Assembly (NCBI GenBank): GCA_965202625.1 | Contig: CBDBBI010000010.1 | Coordinates: 1,019,050-1,083,049 of the forward strand | Direction of reading: 5' to 3' | Length of the DNA: 64,000 nt | DNA from: a bacterium | Lineage (GTDB): Bacteria > UBA8248 | Shown: in pieces, positions 10,292 to 20,539 of the stretch | Numbering within the stretch: the stretch's first letter is position 1 | Layout: each line of letters starts with the position of its first letter | Made by a program: the position numbers and the translations under genes | The notes under the pieces: generated by a model | Told to the model about the DNA's origin: nothing | The model's database searches: none | The model's input: only the letters and a program-made list of their open reading frames with translations

Positions 10292-11050
10292 GATGCCCAC
10301 TCTGATTCAGAAAGACAAAGGCGTGTTCTCCACCTTGAAATTCAACCGAAAAGACGTTCGCAACGCCATCAACGAAGAAATTATGCAGAGTCTCTCCGAT
10401 ACCATCCACACCCTCAAGGCATCGCGCGGGCGATGAGGCGTTCTGCTCGGGCGGCGACTTGAAATGGCTTCAAACTTTTGAATCCCGTAAGGCGTAAGGA
10501 CGGCATGTCCATGAGTAGGCGCATGCAGACGATACTGAGACGCCTTTCTTCATTGCCGGTACCCGTCATCGCCATTCTGAATGGATACGCCCTCGGCGGC
10601 GGCGCTGAAATCGCCATGGCCTGCGATATACGGATCATGGAGGAACACGCCTATATACGCTTCAAGCAAGCGCGCGTGGGCCTCATGCCGGGTTGGGGAG
10701 GCAGAGGGCGGGTCCTCCGTGCGGTCGGCTATGGACGAGCGATCGAATTATTGACCACTTGCAAAGACCTCCACCCTGAAGACCCACTGGAAATGGGACT
10801 CGCCAACACCGTTGTCCCCAAGGGAGACGGTCTCCGCGTCGCTAAAGCGATGGTGGGGGAAATCGCTAAAAGCGCTCCCGGAGCGATTCGCTCTCTGAAG
10901 GAATTACTCTTGTTCGGCCTGGAAAATACACAGGAGAAAACAGCGAGTGCAGAATCATCGCTGCTTGCGGAGCTTTGGACGTCTCAGGATCATGGCGAGA
11001 CGATAAAAGCATTTTTTGAGAAGCGAAGCCCCGACTTCAAGGGAAGATAA
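10292..11050 (+). pseudogene. enoyl-CoA hydratase/isomerase (crotonase) gene interrupted by two frameshifts
   Basis: Three collinear pieces lie in frames 2, 1 and 2: MPTLIQKDKGVFSTLKFNRKDVRNAINEEIMQSLSDTIHTLKASRGR, then DEAFCSGGDLKWLQTFESRKA, then ...PVPVIAILNGYALGGGAEIAMACDIRIMEE...GLMPGWGG.... Together they are a recognisable crotonase fold. Confidence 0.6.
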
Positions 11051-11055
11051 CCAGT

Positions 11056-12642
11056 ATGGCAGCCGACTATCGCCAGGTGAAAACGCACGCGGGCCTCCTC
11101 GTTCAAAATACATATGGGACTGGGGACGCGCCCCGGGATCATGAACCGGGCGAGCCGGGCGTTTATCCTTTCACGCGGGGCATCCACCCAGAAATGTACA
11201 GAAAGCGTCTATGGACGATGCGTCAGTCCTCGGGCTTTGGAACCGCAGAGGAGACAAACCGGCGCTATCGCTTCTTGCTTGATGAGGGAAACACCGGGCT
11301 TTCTGTCGCACTCGACCTCCCTACGCAGCTCGGACTCGACAGCGACGACGAAAAATCATCGGGCGAGGTCGGTAAAGTCGGCGTGGCCATCGACTCCCTA
11401 GCGGACATGGAGACCATATTCGAGGACATTCCGCTCGACAGGATCAGCTCGTCTTTCACCATCAATTCAACGGCCGCCATTCTTTATGCCATGTACGTCA
11501 TCGTTGCAAAGAAACAGGGCGTTTCGCCCTCTCAGCTCACCGGCACGATTCAGAACGACATTCTGAAAGAATACATCGCTCGCGGAACATGGATATTTCC
11601 GCCTGAGCCCTCTTTAAGACTGATTGTCGATACCGTTGAATATGGCGTGAAAAACACCCCGAAGTTCAACACGATCAGCGCCGCGGGCTCTCACTTCAGA
11701 GACGCGGGCGCAACCGCCGTCCAAGAAGGCGGGCTCACCCTAGCCGACGCCGTCGTTTACGTGGAGAGATGCTTGGAGCGCGGGCTAGACATTGATGAGT
11801 TCGCCCCCAGGGTCAGCTTTTATTTTTACACCCACATGGATTTTTTCGAGGAAATCGCCAAATATCGCGCCATGCGAACGCTGTGGGCCAAAATTATGCG
11901 CGAGCGGTTCGGGGCAAAAAACAAGAGGAGCTGGCTGTTCCGCTTCGGCGTCGCCTGCGGTGGCAGCACTCTTACCGCGCAAGAGCCTGAGAACAACATT
12001 GTCAGAGTCACCTACGAGGCGCTGTCCGCCATCTTGGGCGGCGCCCAAACCATTTTCACCTGCGCTTATGACGAGGCGCTTGCGCTGCCGACGGAGGAAA
12101 GCGCCCTGCTCGCCCTGCGCACCCAGCAAATCATCGCCCACGAAAGTGGCGCATCCGACGTGGCAGACCCCCTAGGTGGCTCATATTTTTTGGAAAATCT
12201 GACCGCTCGCATGGAAGCGGAAATGGTGAAAATTATTGAAGACATCGAAGAACGAGGCGGCATGGTCGAGTGCATTCATCGGGGCGTCGTCCAAAGCTGG
12301 ATAGCCGAGAGCGCCTTCCGCTGTCAGAAAGAGGTGGAAGCACGAGAGCGAACGATCGTGGGCGTAAATAAATACGCGCAGGAAGAGCCATCCCCTCAAG
12401 AGATATTCACCATCGATCCTGAACTTGAGGAACGCCAAAAGAAAATGGTCGATAAAGTGAGAAAAGAACGCGATTCCGCCCAGGTGGAGACGGCCCTCAA
12501 GCGTCTTGAATACACCGCCAAAAGCGATGAGAACCTTATGGAGGTAATCTTTCAGTCCGTGGAAGCCTACGCCACCATCGGGGAGATGACGAATGTGCTC
12601 CGTGGCGTTTTCGGAGAATTTCAAGAACCCATGGCTTTCTAA
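11056..12642 (+). CDS. acyl-CoA (methylmalonyl/isobutyryl-CoA) mutase large subunit, substrate-binding TIM-barrel domain only
   Basis: The ORF is 528 aa. Motifs RTLWAKIMRERFGAKN, FRFGVACGGSTLTAQEPENNIVRVTYEALSA and RTQQIIAHESG are mutase signatures. No C-terminal B12-binding domain is present. Confidence 0.85.
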   Translation: MAADYRQVKTHAGLLVQNTYGTGDAPRDHEPGEPGVYPFTRGIHPEMYRKRLWTMRQSSGFGTAEETNRRYRFLLDEGNTGLSVALDLPTQLGLDSDDEKSSGEVGKVGVAIDSLADMETIFEDIPLDRISSSFTINSTAAILYAMYVIVAKKQGVSPSQLTGTIQNDILKEYIARGTWIFPPEPSLRLIVDTVEYGVKNTPKFNTISAAGSHFRDAGATAVQEGGLTLADAVVYVERCLERGLDIDEFAPRVSFYFYTHMDFFEEIAKYRAMRTLWAKIMRERFGAKNKRSWLFRFGVACGGSTLTAQEPENNIVRVTYEALSAILGGAQTIFTCAYDEALALPTEESALLALRTQQIIAHESGASDVADPLGGSYFLENLTARMEAEMVKIIEDIEERGGMVECIHRGVVQSWIAESAFRCQKEVEARERTIVGVNKYAQEEPSPQEIFTIDPELEERQKKMVDKVRKERDSAQVETALKRLEYTAKSDENLMEVIFQSVEAYATIGEMTNVLRGVFGEFQEPMAF

Positions 12643-12762
12643 CGAGCCTCTCTCCCCCGTCCGCTTGCCCAGCCGGGCGAAACGCGAAATAATCCCCCTC
12701 GAGAAAAAAACAATATGGACTCAGCATCCCATACGATATGCGCATAGGAGGTAGGCACAAAA

Positions 12763-14631
12763 ATGTGGACAGACGCCGAAAATGGAAACACCGCGCCAGC
12801 CGATTACAGGTATAGAAGCGCGACCGTTGACCTTAGCAGCCGAAACATCACGCTCACAGATAAGCACTGTGAGGACTTAGAGGATTTTCTGGGCGGAATC
12901 GGCAGGATTTTCAAAATTCTCTCCCACCACGACGTATCCGACCCCTATGTCCCCTCTGCCCCGCTCGTGATGGAGCTTGGCTGCTTCTCGGGGACGAACC
13001 TGATGACGGGATTGAGGACTTTCTTTGGTGGCTACAGCCCTCTCAAAAGCACGCGCGCCGGTGCGCCCTCGGCCATGTATTCAGCAGGTTCCGGCAAATT
13101 CGGAACCAAGGTGGCCTGCGCGGGTATAGATGAAATCGTCTTTACCGGAAGAAGCGAGGAGCCCGTGATGCTGTTGATCAAGAGCGATACCCTCGGCGGG
13201 CCCGCACACATAGAGATCGTGGACGCATCCTATCTTCTGGGGAAAGATTCGCATGAGAAAATCATGGCGCTCGCCAGTGAGTATGGCGACGCGCATTTCG
13301 CCGTCGTCGGTCCGCCAGGAGAGAATTACAAGACGAATCGGATGGCGTCCATCGTCCTGAGCACGGAAAACCAGATCAAAACGGGGGAGTGCAAACCGAG
13401 ATTTTGTGGGCGCGGCGGCTTCGGTGGCGTGATGGGCTCTAAAAATCTCATCGCTATCATCGCGCAAGCACCCGACGACAAAACGGCCGTCACGGAGGTC
13501 GTGAAGGCGGCGAACAAGATCATCTCCCGAGGGGCCGGCTCCAAGAACTACCGCGATGCCCACAAGGCCGACGGCGGCGGCGGCACGTGGCGAAACATCG
13601 CGGGGCTCCATCCTCTGGGCTGCTTGCCGGAGAGAAACTTTTGGGCACCGAACAACGATGACGCCGTTCAACTCTACCGGGGCAGTTTTGAAGAGTCCTA
13701 CGTCATCAAGGACGAATCCTGCTTCAAATGTGGCATCGCGTGCCACAAAAACATCTACGATAGGCCCGAAGGCGAAACGGCCGAAGGAAGAAAAGCGAGG
13801 AAGGGAAAATTCAGGGTCAAATTCGACTACGAGCCACTCGATCTCATCACAGCGAACTGCGGCGTCTATGAAGCGGAAGAATCGCTCGATCTAGTCGAAC
13901 TAGGCGACCGTATGGGCTATGACGCCATCAGCCTGGGCGCCACCATCAGCTACGCCATGGAATGGAACGAGCGAAACCCCGACGAACCCGTGCTGGACAA
14001 CATCCGTTTCGGCGACGCCCGGAAGATGGAGGAGCTAATCCGAAAAGCGGCGGCCGGAGAGTGTGAGGAGCTGGCGCAGGGCACCATGCGCCTAGCCCAG
14101 CAATGCGGAGATCTTTCCTTCGCCATGCAAGGAAAAGGTCTCGAATACCCCGCCTATCTACCCGAAACCAACCCTGGCTACCCTTGGGCGCTGGCCGGCG
14201 GCCACATGAGCATGCGTACGTTCTTACTCCTCATCCTAGACGGCCAGAAAACAGACATAGACTATTGGGAAAACGCCATCCTGAACGGCATCTACTATAC
14301 CAGGGACGACCTCATCGGCACCTGCAAGTTCGCAGGAGCCCCGAATGAAAATATCGTCGATAGTTTAAACGACATGTTCGGTCTCTCCTTGACGGAGGAG
14401 GGCGTGAACAAGGCGATCAGACGCTCCTACCTACGGGGGCGTTTGCTGGAGAAGAAAGTAGGCTATACAGATGAGGAATACGACGTGCCCGCCCGCGTGT
14501 ATGAACGGGTGAATGAAAACGTCAAAATGCCCAGTTTCATCACCCGCGAATTCATGGACGAACTGAAGAAACGAACCGAGAAGAATTTGGACAGGCTCAC
14601 GAAGGAGGAGGACATCGCCCTCCCCGTTTAG
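12763..14631 (+). CDS. aldehyde:ferredoxin oxidoreductase (tungsten-containing AOR family)
   Basis: The ORF is 622 aa with AOR N- and C-domain motifs (CFKCGIACHK, GKGLEYPAY, DSLNDMFGLSLTEEG). Confidence 0.85.
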   Translation: MWTDAENGNTAPADYRYRSATVDLSSRNITLTDKHCEDLEDFLGGIGRIFKILSHHDVSDPYVPSAPLVMELGCFSGTNLMTGLRTFFGGYSPLKSTRAGAPSAMYSAGSGKFGTKVACAGIDEIVFTGRSEEPVMLLIKSDTLGGPAHIEIVDASYLLGKDSHEKIMALASEYGDAHFAVVGPPGENYKTNRMASIVLSTENQIKTGECKPRFCGRGGFGGVMGSKNLIAIIAQAPDDKTAVTEVVKAANKIISRGAGSKNYRDAHKADGGGGTWRNIAGLHPLGCLPERNFWAPNNDDAVQLYRGSFEESYVIKDESCFKCGIACHKNIYDRPEGETAEGRKARKGKFRVKFDYEPLDLITANCGVYEAEESLDLVELGDRMGYDAISLGATISYAMEWNERNPDEPVLDNIRFGDARKMEELIRKAAAGECEELAQGTMRLAQQCGDLSFAMQGKGLEYPAYLPETNPGYPWALAGGHMSMRTFLLLILDGQKTDIDYWENAILNGIYYTRDDLIGTCKFAGAPNENIVDSLNDMFGLSLTEEGVNKAIRRSYLRGRLLEKKVGYTDEEYDVPARVYERVNENVKMPSFITREFMDELKKRTEKNLDRLTKEEDIALPV

Positions 14632-14848
14632 GTGCGGCATCGGAACGAAAAACGCCCCCCAAGCACTCCCCAGCAGGGCGTTTTCGCCTCATTAAACGCA
14701 ACCGAGTTCCCTCAGGAGCGGCTCTCTCCCCATCCACCTTGCGCCGTCTCGAGAATGGAGAATGATTTTAGCGGCGCTTTTGAGATGCGGCCATTCAAAT
14801 GCTCGTTGCCCACAAATCCGCCGCCATTACCCCACGCGCAGCTAAACC

Positions 14849-15595
14849 CTAAACCCCCCGCCTGTCTCCCCACAACATGACGTGCAGCCTGGGGGTGAAC
14901 CGAAAACCACGGTTCATCGAAACTTCAGCCAAAGAGGACGATCTGCCTTCCATCTGCTCGCGCGTCTGGCCCCCCGGGGAGATGATGACCCGCTCTCGCG
15001 GGAACCCACAAAGACCGTAGGCTTCAAGGATAGCCTCGACTTCATCCAATTCATCCGGCCGATGAAGCACGAATTTAAGATAAGGCTCCTTGACGCGCTG
15101 TAACCAAGCGAGGGTTTTCGGCCGTTTCTCCTCTGAGATTCGCGCCGATTTCAGCTTGGGCGAGACATTCCACTGATCCACCCATTTGAGGGCGACCTCG
15201 GGTGGTGGAACATGGCCGGCCGTTTCCACCTCTACTCTGAAACCCGCGCGTGAAAGCGATACAACAAGTGCTGAGAACTGGGGGGACTCTAAGGGTTCTC
15301 CACCCGTCAGCACCACTTGGGCACCGTCGTGCGCCTCACAAAAATCCAGAATTTCAGAGATCCTTTTTTCTGCCACAGGAGGACCCGACCAGGAATACTT
15401 CGTATCGCACCACGCGCAGGCCACCGCGCAGCCCATCAGGCGAACGAAAATAGAGGGACGGCCGATGGAGGCGCCCTCCCCCTGCAAAGAGAAAAAAAGC
15501 GGATCGGCAAGGGGCACCGCCAAATCCGCTTCTTCTCTTGTTTTTCTCACCACGCTACGCCCACCTCCTGGCCACGTTTCCCTTGTCATTCCCAA
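14849..15595 (-). CDS. queE: 7-carboxy-7-deazaguanine synthase QueE (radical SAM)
   Basis: The radical SAM cysteine motif GCAVACAWCDTKY is followed by VLTGGEPL. Length is 248 aa. Confidence 0.75.
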   Translation of the reverse strand: MGMTRETWPGGGRSVVRKTREEADLAVPLADPLFFSLQGEGASIGRPSIFVRLMGCAVACAWCDTKYSWSGPPVAEKRISEILDFCEAHDGAQVVLTGGEPLESPQFSALVVSLSRAGFRVEVETAGHVPPPEVALKWVDQWNVSPKLKSARISEEKRPKTLAWLQRVKEPYLKFVLHRPDELDEVEAILEAYGLCGFPRERVIISPGGQTREQMEGRSSSLAEVSMNRGFRFTPRLHVMLWGDRRGV

Positions 15596-15638
15596 CCCGG
15601 GAAGCCGAAAGAGCAGCAGAATAAAACATCAGAAAAAA

Positions 15639-15923
15639 CTACCCCAATGCAGATGAAACGATGAGCGCCACGCCAAGCAATATCCCGCCCACCACGATTC
15701 CGACTGCCCGATTCTGATCCTTGGACAGCGCATCGTTCACCGAGAAGGGCGTGATCCATTCGAAAATCTTGTAGCCGATCATCAATAAAATGATGCCGAC
15801 CAGACCGTAGACGATAGACAGAAAAAGGCCCGTGCCAACACCCATGCGCGGCCCCGCTTGGGCGAAGGCGGCGAGAGGCGTCATCGAAAAACCCAAGGCA
15901 ATAGCGATGACGAATTTTTTCAT
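15639..15923 (-). CDS. DUF350-family small membrane protein
   Basis: The 94-aa protein has two hydrophobic helices and a DUF350-like core (IGYKIFEWITPFSVNDALSKDQN). Confidence 0.65.
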   Translation of the reverse strand: MKKFVIAIALGFSMTPLAAFAQAGPRMGVGTGLFLSIVYGLVGIILLMIGYKIFEWITPFSVNDALSKDQNRAVGIVVGGILLGVALIVSSALG

Positions 15924-16174
15924 GTACGAAACTCCTTTTTATGGGAGAGAAGGAAAATTCAATGCCGAGAGATCATTCTCAAAATGCGCACCAAGACAAG
16001 AAGAAGCATTCGCCCCAGGAGGAAAATGCACCGGTAAAAGCACCGTTCTTTTCATCAAGAGGGCCTCGCGTCGGGCGGTCAAGAGGATGCAAATAGATTA
16101 GCAGAGGGTGGAGATTTCCTCAATCACCCATTCTTATTCTACGTTCCGCCCTTGCAACGCGCTCATCGAGAGAT

Positions 16175-16954
16175 TCAATCCCATTTCCTGCCTGGCATGT
16201 GGTTATAGACGCTGTTCAGAATGCCGCCGTCGATGTCGAGACGAGAGGCCGTAATCCAATCAGATTCCTCGGAGAGCAAAAACAAAATCCCGTGCGCGAT
16301 ATCCACCGGCTGACCTACGCGACCTAGGGGCGTCACGTCGCTTCTACCCTTTTTGATCTCTGGGTCTTGCAGATAGGCGGTCAGTGGCGTTTCCGTGTGG
16401 CCGGGACATACGGCGTTCACGCGAATTCCCTTACGCGCCCATTCGATGCCCAGCTGTTTGGAAAGCATGATGATGCCCGCCTTCACCGTGCTGTACGCCC
16501 CCGACATTCCGTAAGGCTGGACCCCTGCATTTGATGAGAGATTCACGATGACGCCCGGCCTTTCGTTCTCTATCAGCCAGCGACCCGTCGCCTGACACAT
16601 CAAAAACATACCCGTGAGACCGATGTCCAGGACAAGGTTCCAGCTCTCCAAAGGCAAATCAACCAAAGGTGCGGGGGCCATCTTGATCGCGCAGTTCACC
16701 AAATGGTTCAGACCGCCGAACTCCCTAACCGCGCGCTCCACCGCAGCATGGCAAGATGCTTCATCCGTCACGTCGACCCTTTGAAACGCTGCTCTCTCTC
16801 GGCCGAGTTTCGTCTCCAACTCGACACCCAGATCCTCGTTCACGTCCCCGATGAGAACGCGGCCCCCTTGCGCCACGTACATTTCACAAGTCTTGGCGCC
16901 AATGCCCCGCGCGCCTCCCGCGACGATGCAGACGTCTTCTTCAAAACGGCCCAT
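16175..16954 (-). CDS. SDR-family oxidoreductase
   Basis: A GGARGIG cofactor motif and a YSTVK catalytic Tyr/Lys are present. Length is 259 aa. Confidence 0.85.
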   Translation of the reverse strand: MGRFEEDVCIVAGGARGIGAKTCEMYVAQGGRVLIGDVNEDLGVELETKLGRERAAFQRVDVTDEASCHAAVERAVREFGGLNHLVNCAIKMAPAPLVDLPLESWNLVLDIGLTGMFLMCQATGRWLIENERPGVIVNLSSNAGVQPYGMSGAYSTVKAGIIMLSKQLGIEWARKGIRVNAVCPGHTETPLTAYLQDPEIKKGRSDVTPLGRVGQPVDIAHGILFLLSEESDWITASRLDIDGGILNSVYNHMPGRKWD

Positions 16955-16975
16955 ACCCCGCCCTCCTCTCCTACT

Positions 16976-17788
16976 CTATTCAATCGTCCTATATCCTATC
17001 TCCCTGCCACCCCAGTTGCGTCCTGGCGTGTGGATCATCTTGCTCTCCGCCTGTCCGCCGTCGATGGGCAAGTTCGCCGCCGTGATGTACCTCGCCCGAT
17101 CCGAGAGCAGGAACACGCACCCTTCCGCGATGTCCTCGGGCTTCGCCACGCGCCCCATCGGCACCACGGCGGCGCGACCCGCCGCGATTTCCGGGTTCTC
17201 GAACATAGCTTCCGTCATGGGGGTGCGCACCTGCCCCGGCGAGACCGTGTTCGCGCGAACACCGCGTCCGCCCCATTCCACGCCAAAGAGTTTGCCCAAC
17301 ATGATAGCCCCCGCCTTGCACACGCTATAGGCCCCCGCGAGGGGGTAGGCCTGCATCCCGCCTATCGAGGAGACGAAGACGATTGCGCCCGCCCTCCTCT
17401 CCAGCATCACGCGACCCGCCGCCTGAGCGCAAAGAAAATAGCCCTTGAGCCCAATGTCCATCACCATGTCCCAGTCGGCCTCAGGCAAATCCTCCAAATT
17501 TCCCGGCACGAGTTTGATCGCGCAGCACACGAGACCGTCTATCGTTCCAAAGGCTTCTACCGCTTGCACCACCATGCGTTGGGCGTCGGCTTTTTTCGAG
17601 GCGTCCATCTCAATTGAAATCGCCTCCCCGCCCGCCTCCTCCACCATGGAGACCGTCTCAGCGGCGGTTTTCGGATCAATATCGGCCACGGCGACGGCAG
17701 ATCCCTCGACCGCTGCAAGCAAGCACGTCGCCCGGCCGATGCCACTCCCCCCTCCGGTCACGACGACCTTCTTGCCCTCAAGCATCAT
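16976..17788 (-). CDS. SDR-family oxidoreductase, paralog of the adjacent SDR
   Basis: Trimmed to the start MMLEGKKVVVTGGGSGIGRA. The catalytic motif is YSVCK and the C-terminus HTPGRNW matches the neighbouring gene's HMPGRKW. Confidence 0.85.
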   Translation of the reverse strand: MMLEGKKVVVTGGGSGIGRATCLLAAVEGSAVAVADIDPKTAAETVSMVEEAGGEAISIEMDASKKADAQRMVVQAVEAFGTIDGLVCCAIKLVPGNLEDLPEADWDMVMDIGLKGYFLCAQAAGRVMLERRAGAIVFVSSIGGMQAYPLAGAYSVCKAGAIMLGKLFGVEWGGRGVRANTVSPGQVRTPMTEAMFENPEIAAGRAAVVPMGRVAKPEDIAEGCVFLLSDRARYITAANLPIDGGQAESKMIHTPGRNWGGREIGYRTIE

Positions 17789-18382
17789 GGCGCGATCCTC
17801 CCTCGAAAACGATGTCTGCAGTCTATCATAGGCGCGCGGTTCGCAACGTTCGGCGTCCACCTCCGGGCGCATTTTATTTCCATCATATAAAACAACAGAC
17901 TAGGGAGTTATGAAGGGCGTTTGGGGTGTTTGAGGATGAAATTTTTTCGAGAAATATCGTGAATTTAGCGTATTTTTCGATATTCTCATCCACAGGCTGT
18001 AAACGCCAGAACCGCCAAAAGAAACCGGTGCGCCCGACTCAAGAAGCATCCCCTCATCACAAATATAAATGAAGGACATCTGCTCGTGGGGACGCCTGTG
18101 CACGACGACCTCGGAGCTTCGGGAGAAAGTCCAGAGCGCGAGCGTCTGCTCTCGCCCACGATCATGTGGAACTCAATGACGCTCTCGGAGAGGACGTTCG
18201 CGTGGTTGACGCGCACGGAGGGAACCTCGTCCCGTCTCCGAAAGATTATGGTTTCCTCCTTCTTGGTTCTTGATTGAACGAGTGGGAAGCCGACGAATGG
18301 AAGTCTCAAAACCAAGGGACGCCGCCAAAGCGGGCATGACGCCTGGGTGAATAGAGATGGAGCGTGGAGACGACCTATGGAC

Positions 18383-19441
18383 CTATTTCCACCCTTTCCA
18401 CAAATTGGCCCGGCGCATGAACACGGACGGATCCGCGTGCCACTCTCGATACCCGATGCGCCGGCCGCTCGTCAGCCAGTCAATCTTGTCGCTGATGCAA
18501 GCGGCTAGTTCCGCGTCTTTCACGGAAAGGGCAAAGCCGCCATACTCGTCTATCGGGCCCAAGGCGGTGACCGCGAATGCGCCGCCAGAAGCATGGGCCG
18601 CGGCACTGTTGCCGATCTCCACGCCTGCCACCGCGTCTATCCGCCTCTCTCGAAGCGCCGCCAGAAGCGCAGCTTCGCCGGTTTTCTCGCCGAGATAAAT
18701 CACCTGCGGCATGGTCTCTGCCGGTGGGAGCAGGCGTCGCCGCCCAAGGAGGCGCGAGGACGCGCCAGAGGCGTTGATAACGTAATTCGCCCCGCCGTCG
18801 GCGACGACCACGCGGTGCGCCATCTCCGCGCGCGTTCCAGCGGCGAGAACGCCGGCGGCGTTCGCAAGCCCCGTCAACTGCAAAAGACGCGCCTCTCCCG
18901 TCGTGCCAGCCAAGGCGCCGACGCGCACGCTGCTGGTCAACCTGTCATGCGAGGGGAGGCGCGCAGCGTCGGCGGCGCGCACCAGAAGCGACTGGCGGAA
19001 CGCGACATGCCCCGATGTGAAGACGACGGCGCGCGCGCGCGCCGCGTCTCGAGTACGGGAATCGAGAATCGTGATGCCGCCGCCCACCATGTCATATTCA
19101 GTGCCGGCGGGAAGCAGCCAGATGCTCTCCCATTGGGCGATGGGGCTGCGCGAGAAGGACAGATCCGCGCCTTTCATGGCTTCGAGAGCGTCCAGTAAAT
19201 CCGCCTCGTAGCCGCGATGGACTTTGAAGCCGGGGGATTTCGGAGCGGCGTCCGCGCTGTAGCTCAAGGGTTTGAAAAAAGCGTAGAAACCGAACCGAAG
19301 AACGCGTCCATCGCTCGGACAAGCCTTCGGTGCCGCGGCGAACCCAGAAGTGGTGCAGGCGAGAGCGAGAAGAAAGGCGAACGCTCCGGCGAGCAGGCCT
19401 TTCAGATTGCGAGCAGAATGGGGAGAAATTCTGGGGCACAC
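18383..19441 (-). CDS. periplasmic substrate-binding protein (solute-binding protein family 3-like) with signal peptide
   Basis: The ORF has a GTG start and a signal peptide (LLAGAFAFLLALAC). The bilobal amino-acid-binding-protein-like composition is present, but no transporter partner genes are nearby. Confidence 0.6.
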   Translation of the reverse strand: MCPRISPHSARNLKGLLAGAFAFLLALACTTSGFAAAPKACPSDGRVLRFGFYAFFKPLSYSADAAPKSPGFKVHRGYEADLLDALEAMKGADLSFSRSPIAQWESIWLLPAGTEYDMVGGGITILDSRTRDAARARAVVFTSGHVAFRQSLLVRAADAARLPSHDRLTSSVRVGALAGTTGEARLLQLTGLANAAGVLAAGTRAEMAHRVVVADGGANYVINASGASSRLLGRRRLLPPAETMPQVIYLGEKTGEAALLAALRERRIDAVAGVEIGNSAAAHASGGAFAVTALGPIDEYGGFALSVKDAELAACISDKIDWLTSGRRIGYREWHADPSVFMRRANLWKGWK

Positions 19442-20456
19442 AGTTTCATCGTTCCTATGCTTTTTAGCACGTGATGACGCTGGCGCGCCATTGAGGGCAG
19501 CTATGAAAGAGCATTCATCACCCGATTATCATCATACGATGTTTTGCGCACACGACGCCATCGCCCGCCTCTATCGGAATCCATAGGGAACGTATGACGC
19601 ACCGCTAATCACGAGGGAAAGATGATGAATCTGGACCAATAGGTTGAAATACTTCAGGAACTCCTGCGATATCCATCCGTTCCTAAGCGAGGCTACCCTT
19701 TTGCGTTCTTACTACTAACTGATTCACACGGCCCGTATGTCGATCCAAACGAAAGGTACACCGTAAGGATAATGTGGATCCAACAATCTTAGATCGCGCG
19801 TCCGGCCGCGTTTCTTGCATATCCCCCCAGAGGATGGAGCCGGCGCGACGAGAGGCGGAGAATGCGGCTTCATCGCTCCGGTTCTTTCAACGATATGCCT
19901 TGTTCAGCCATGAAGAACATGAAAATTCAGATTCTAATCGCACGCCCTCAAAAAAAAGAAGCGGCAGGCCATAGATTCATCCCCAGCTCATTCCGAGGTG
20001 GGTCAATCAAAAGGCTGTATCCGTCTCCTTCAACCCCCTAACCTGAAAATCGAGAGATCGCTATCTGTTTCCAATGAACTTGTTAGAGTTTCAGAATGAA
20101 ACTTATACTTTAATTTAGTAGCGAAATACTTCTGACTGATAAACCTCCCCTCAATTTTAGTGATGTCACCTTTTTTGATTCTCTTGGATAGTTCACGAGC
20201 AAAGTACGTAGCCAGGGAATCTGGGCCGGTCCCTGTCCCGCCAATTCGCTTTCCAATCTGTTGAGATTTGGTAGGTTGAGAACCGAATTGCGATTTGGTA
20301 GGGGGTCATGAATGGTCGTCCAAAATGGTGATTTGGGTCACGATCGCTCCTTATAGGTATGTCCAAAACCTCAACGATTTTATCTTCTAACTTGAGGTTG
20401 TCCCAATCCGACATGAATTTCCTCTCCTTTGATTCGATTCCCTGCAAGTTTCATAA

Positions 20457-20539
20457 TGCCCGGAGCCGGACTCGAACCGGCACGGCCTCTCGGCCAAGGG
20501 ATTTTAAGTCCCTAGTGTCTACCATTCCACCACCCGGGC
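20457..20539 (-). tRNA. tRNA-Leu (anticodon UAA), class II with long variable arm
   Basis: The reverse complement folds as a cloverleaf: acceptor GCCCGGG/TCCGGGC, anticodon stem AGGGA/TCCCT with loop CUUAAAA, variable arm TGGCCGAGAGGCCGT, T-arm GCCGG-TTCGAGT-CCGGC. No CCA is encoded. Confidence 0.85.

Noticed and set aside
10433-10435. In-frame TGA inside the crotonase gene as a possible second Sec codon
   Set aside because: Downstream reading requires frame changes, not read-through. No redox Cys motif or hairpin is present. It is better explained by indel frameshifts.
16703-17617. 304-aa plus-strand ORF across both SDR genes
   Set aside because: It is antisense to two clear SDR genes, and the product is Arg/His/Pro-rich.
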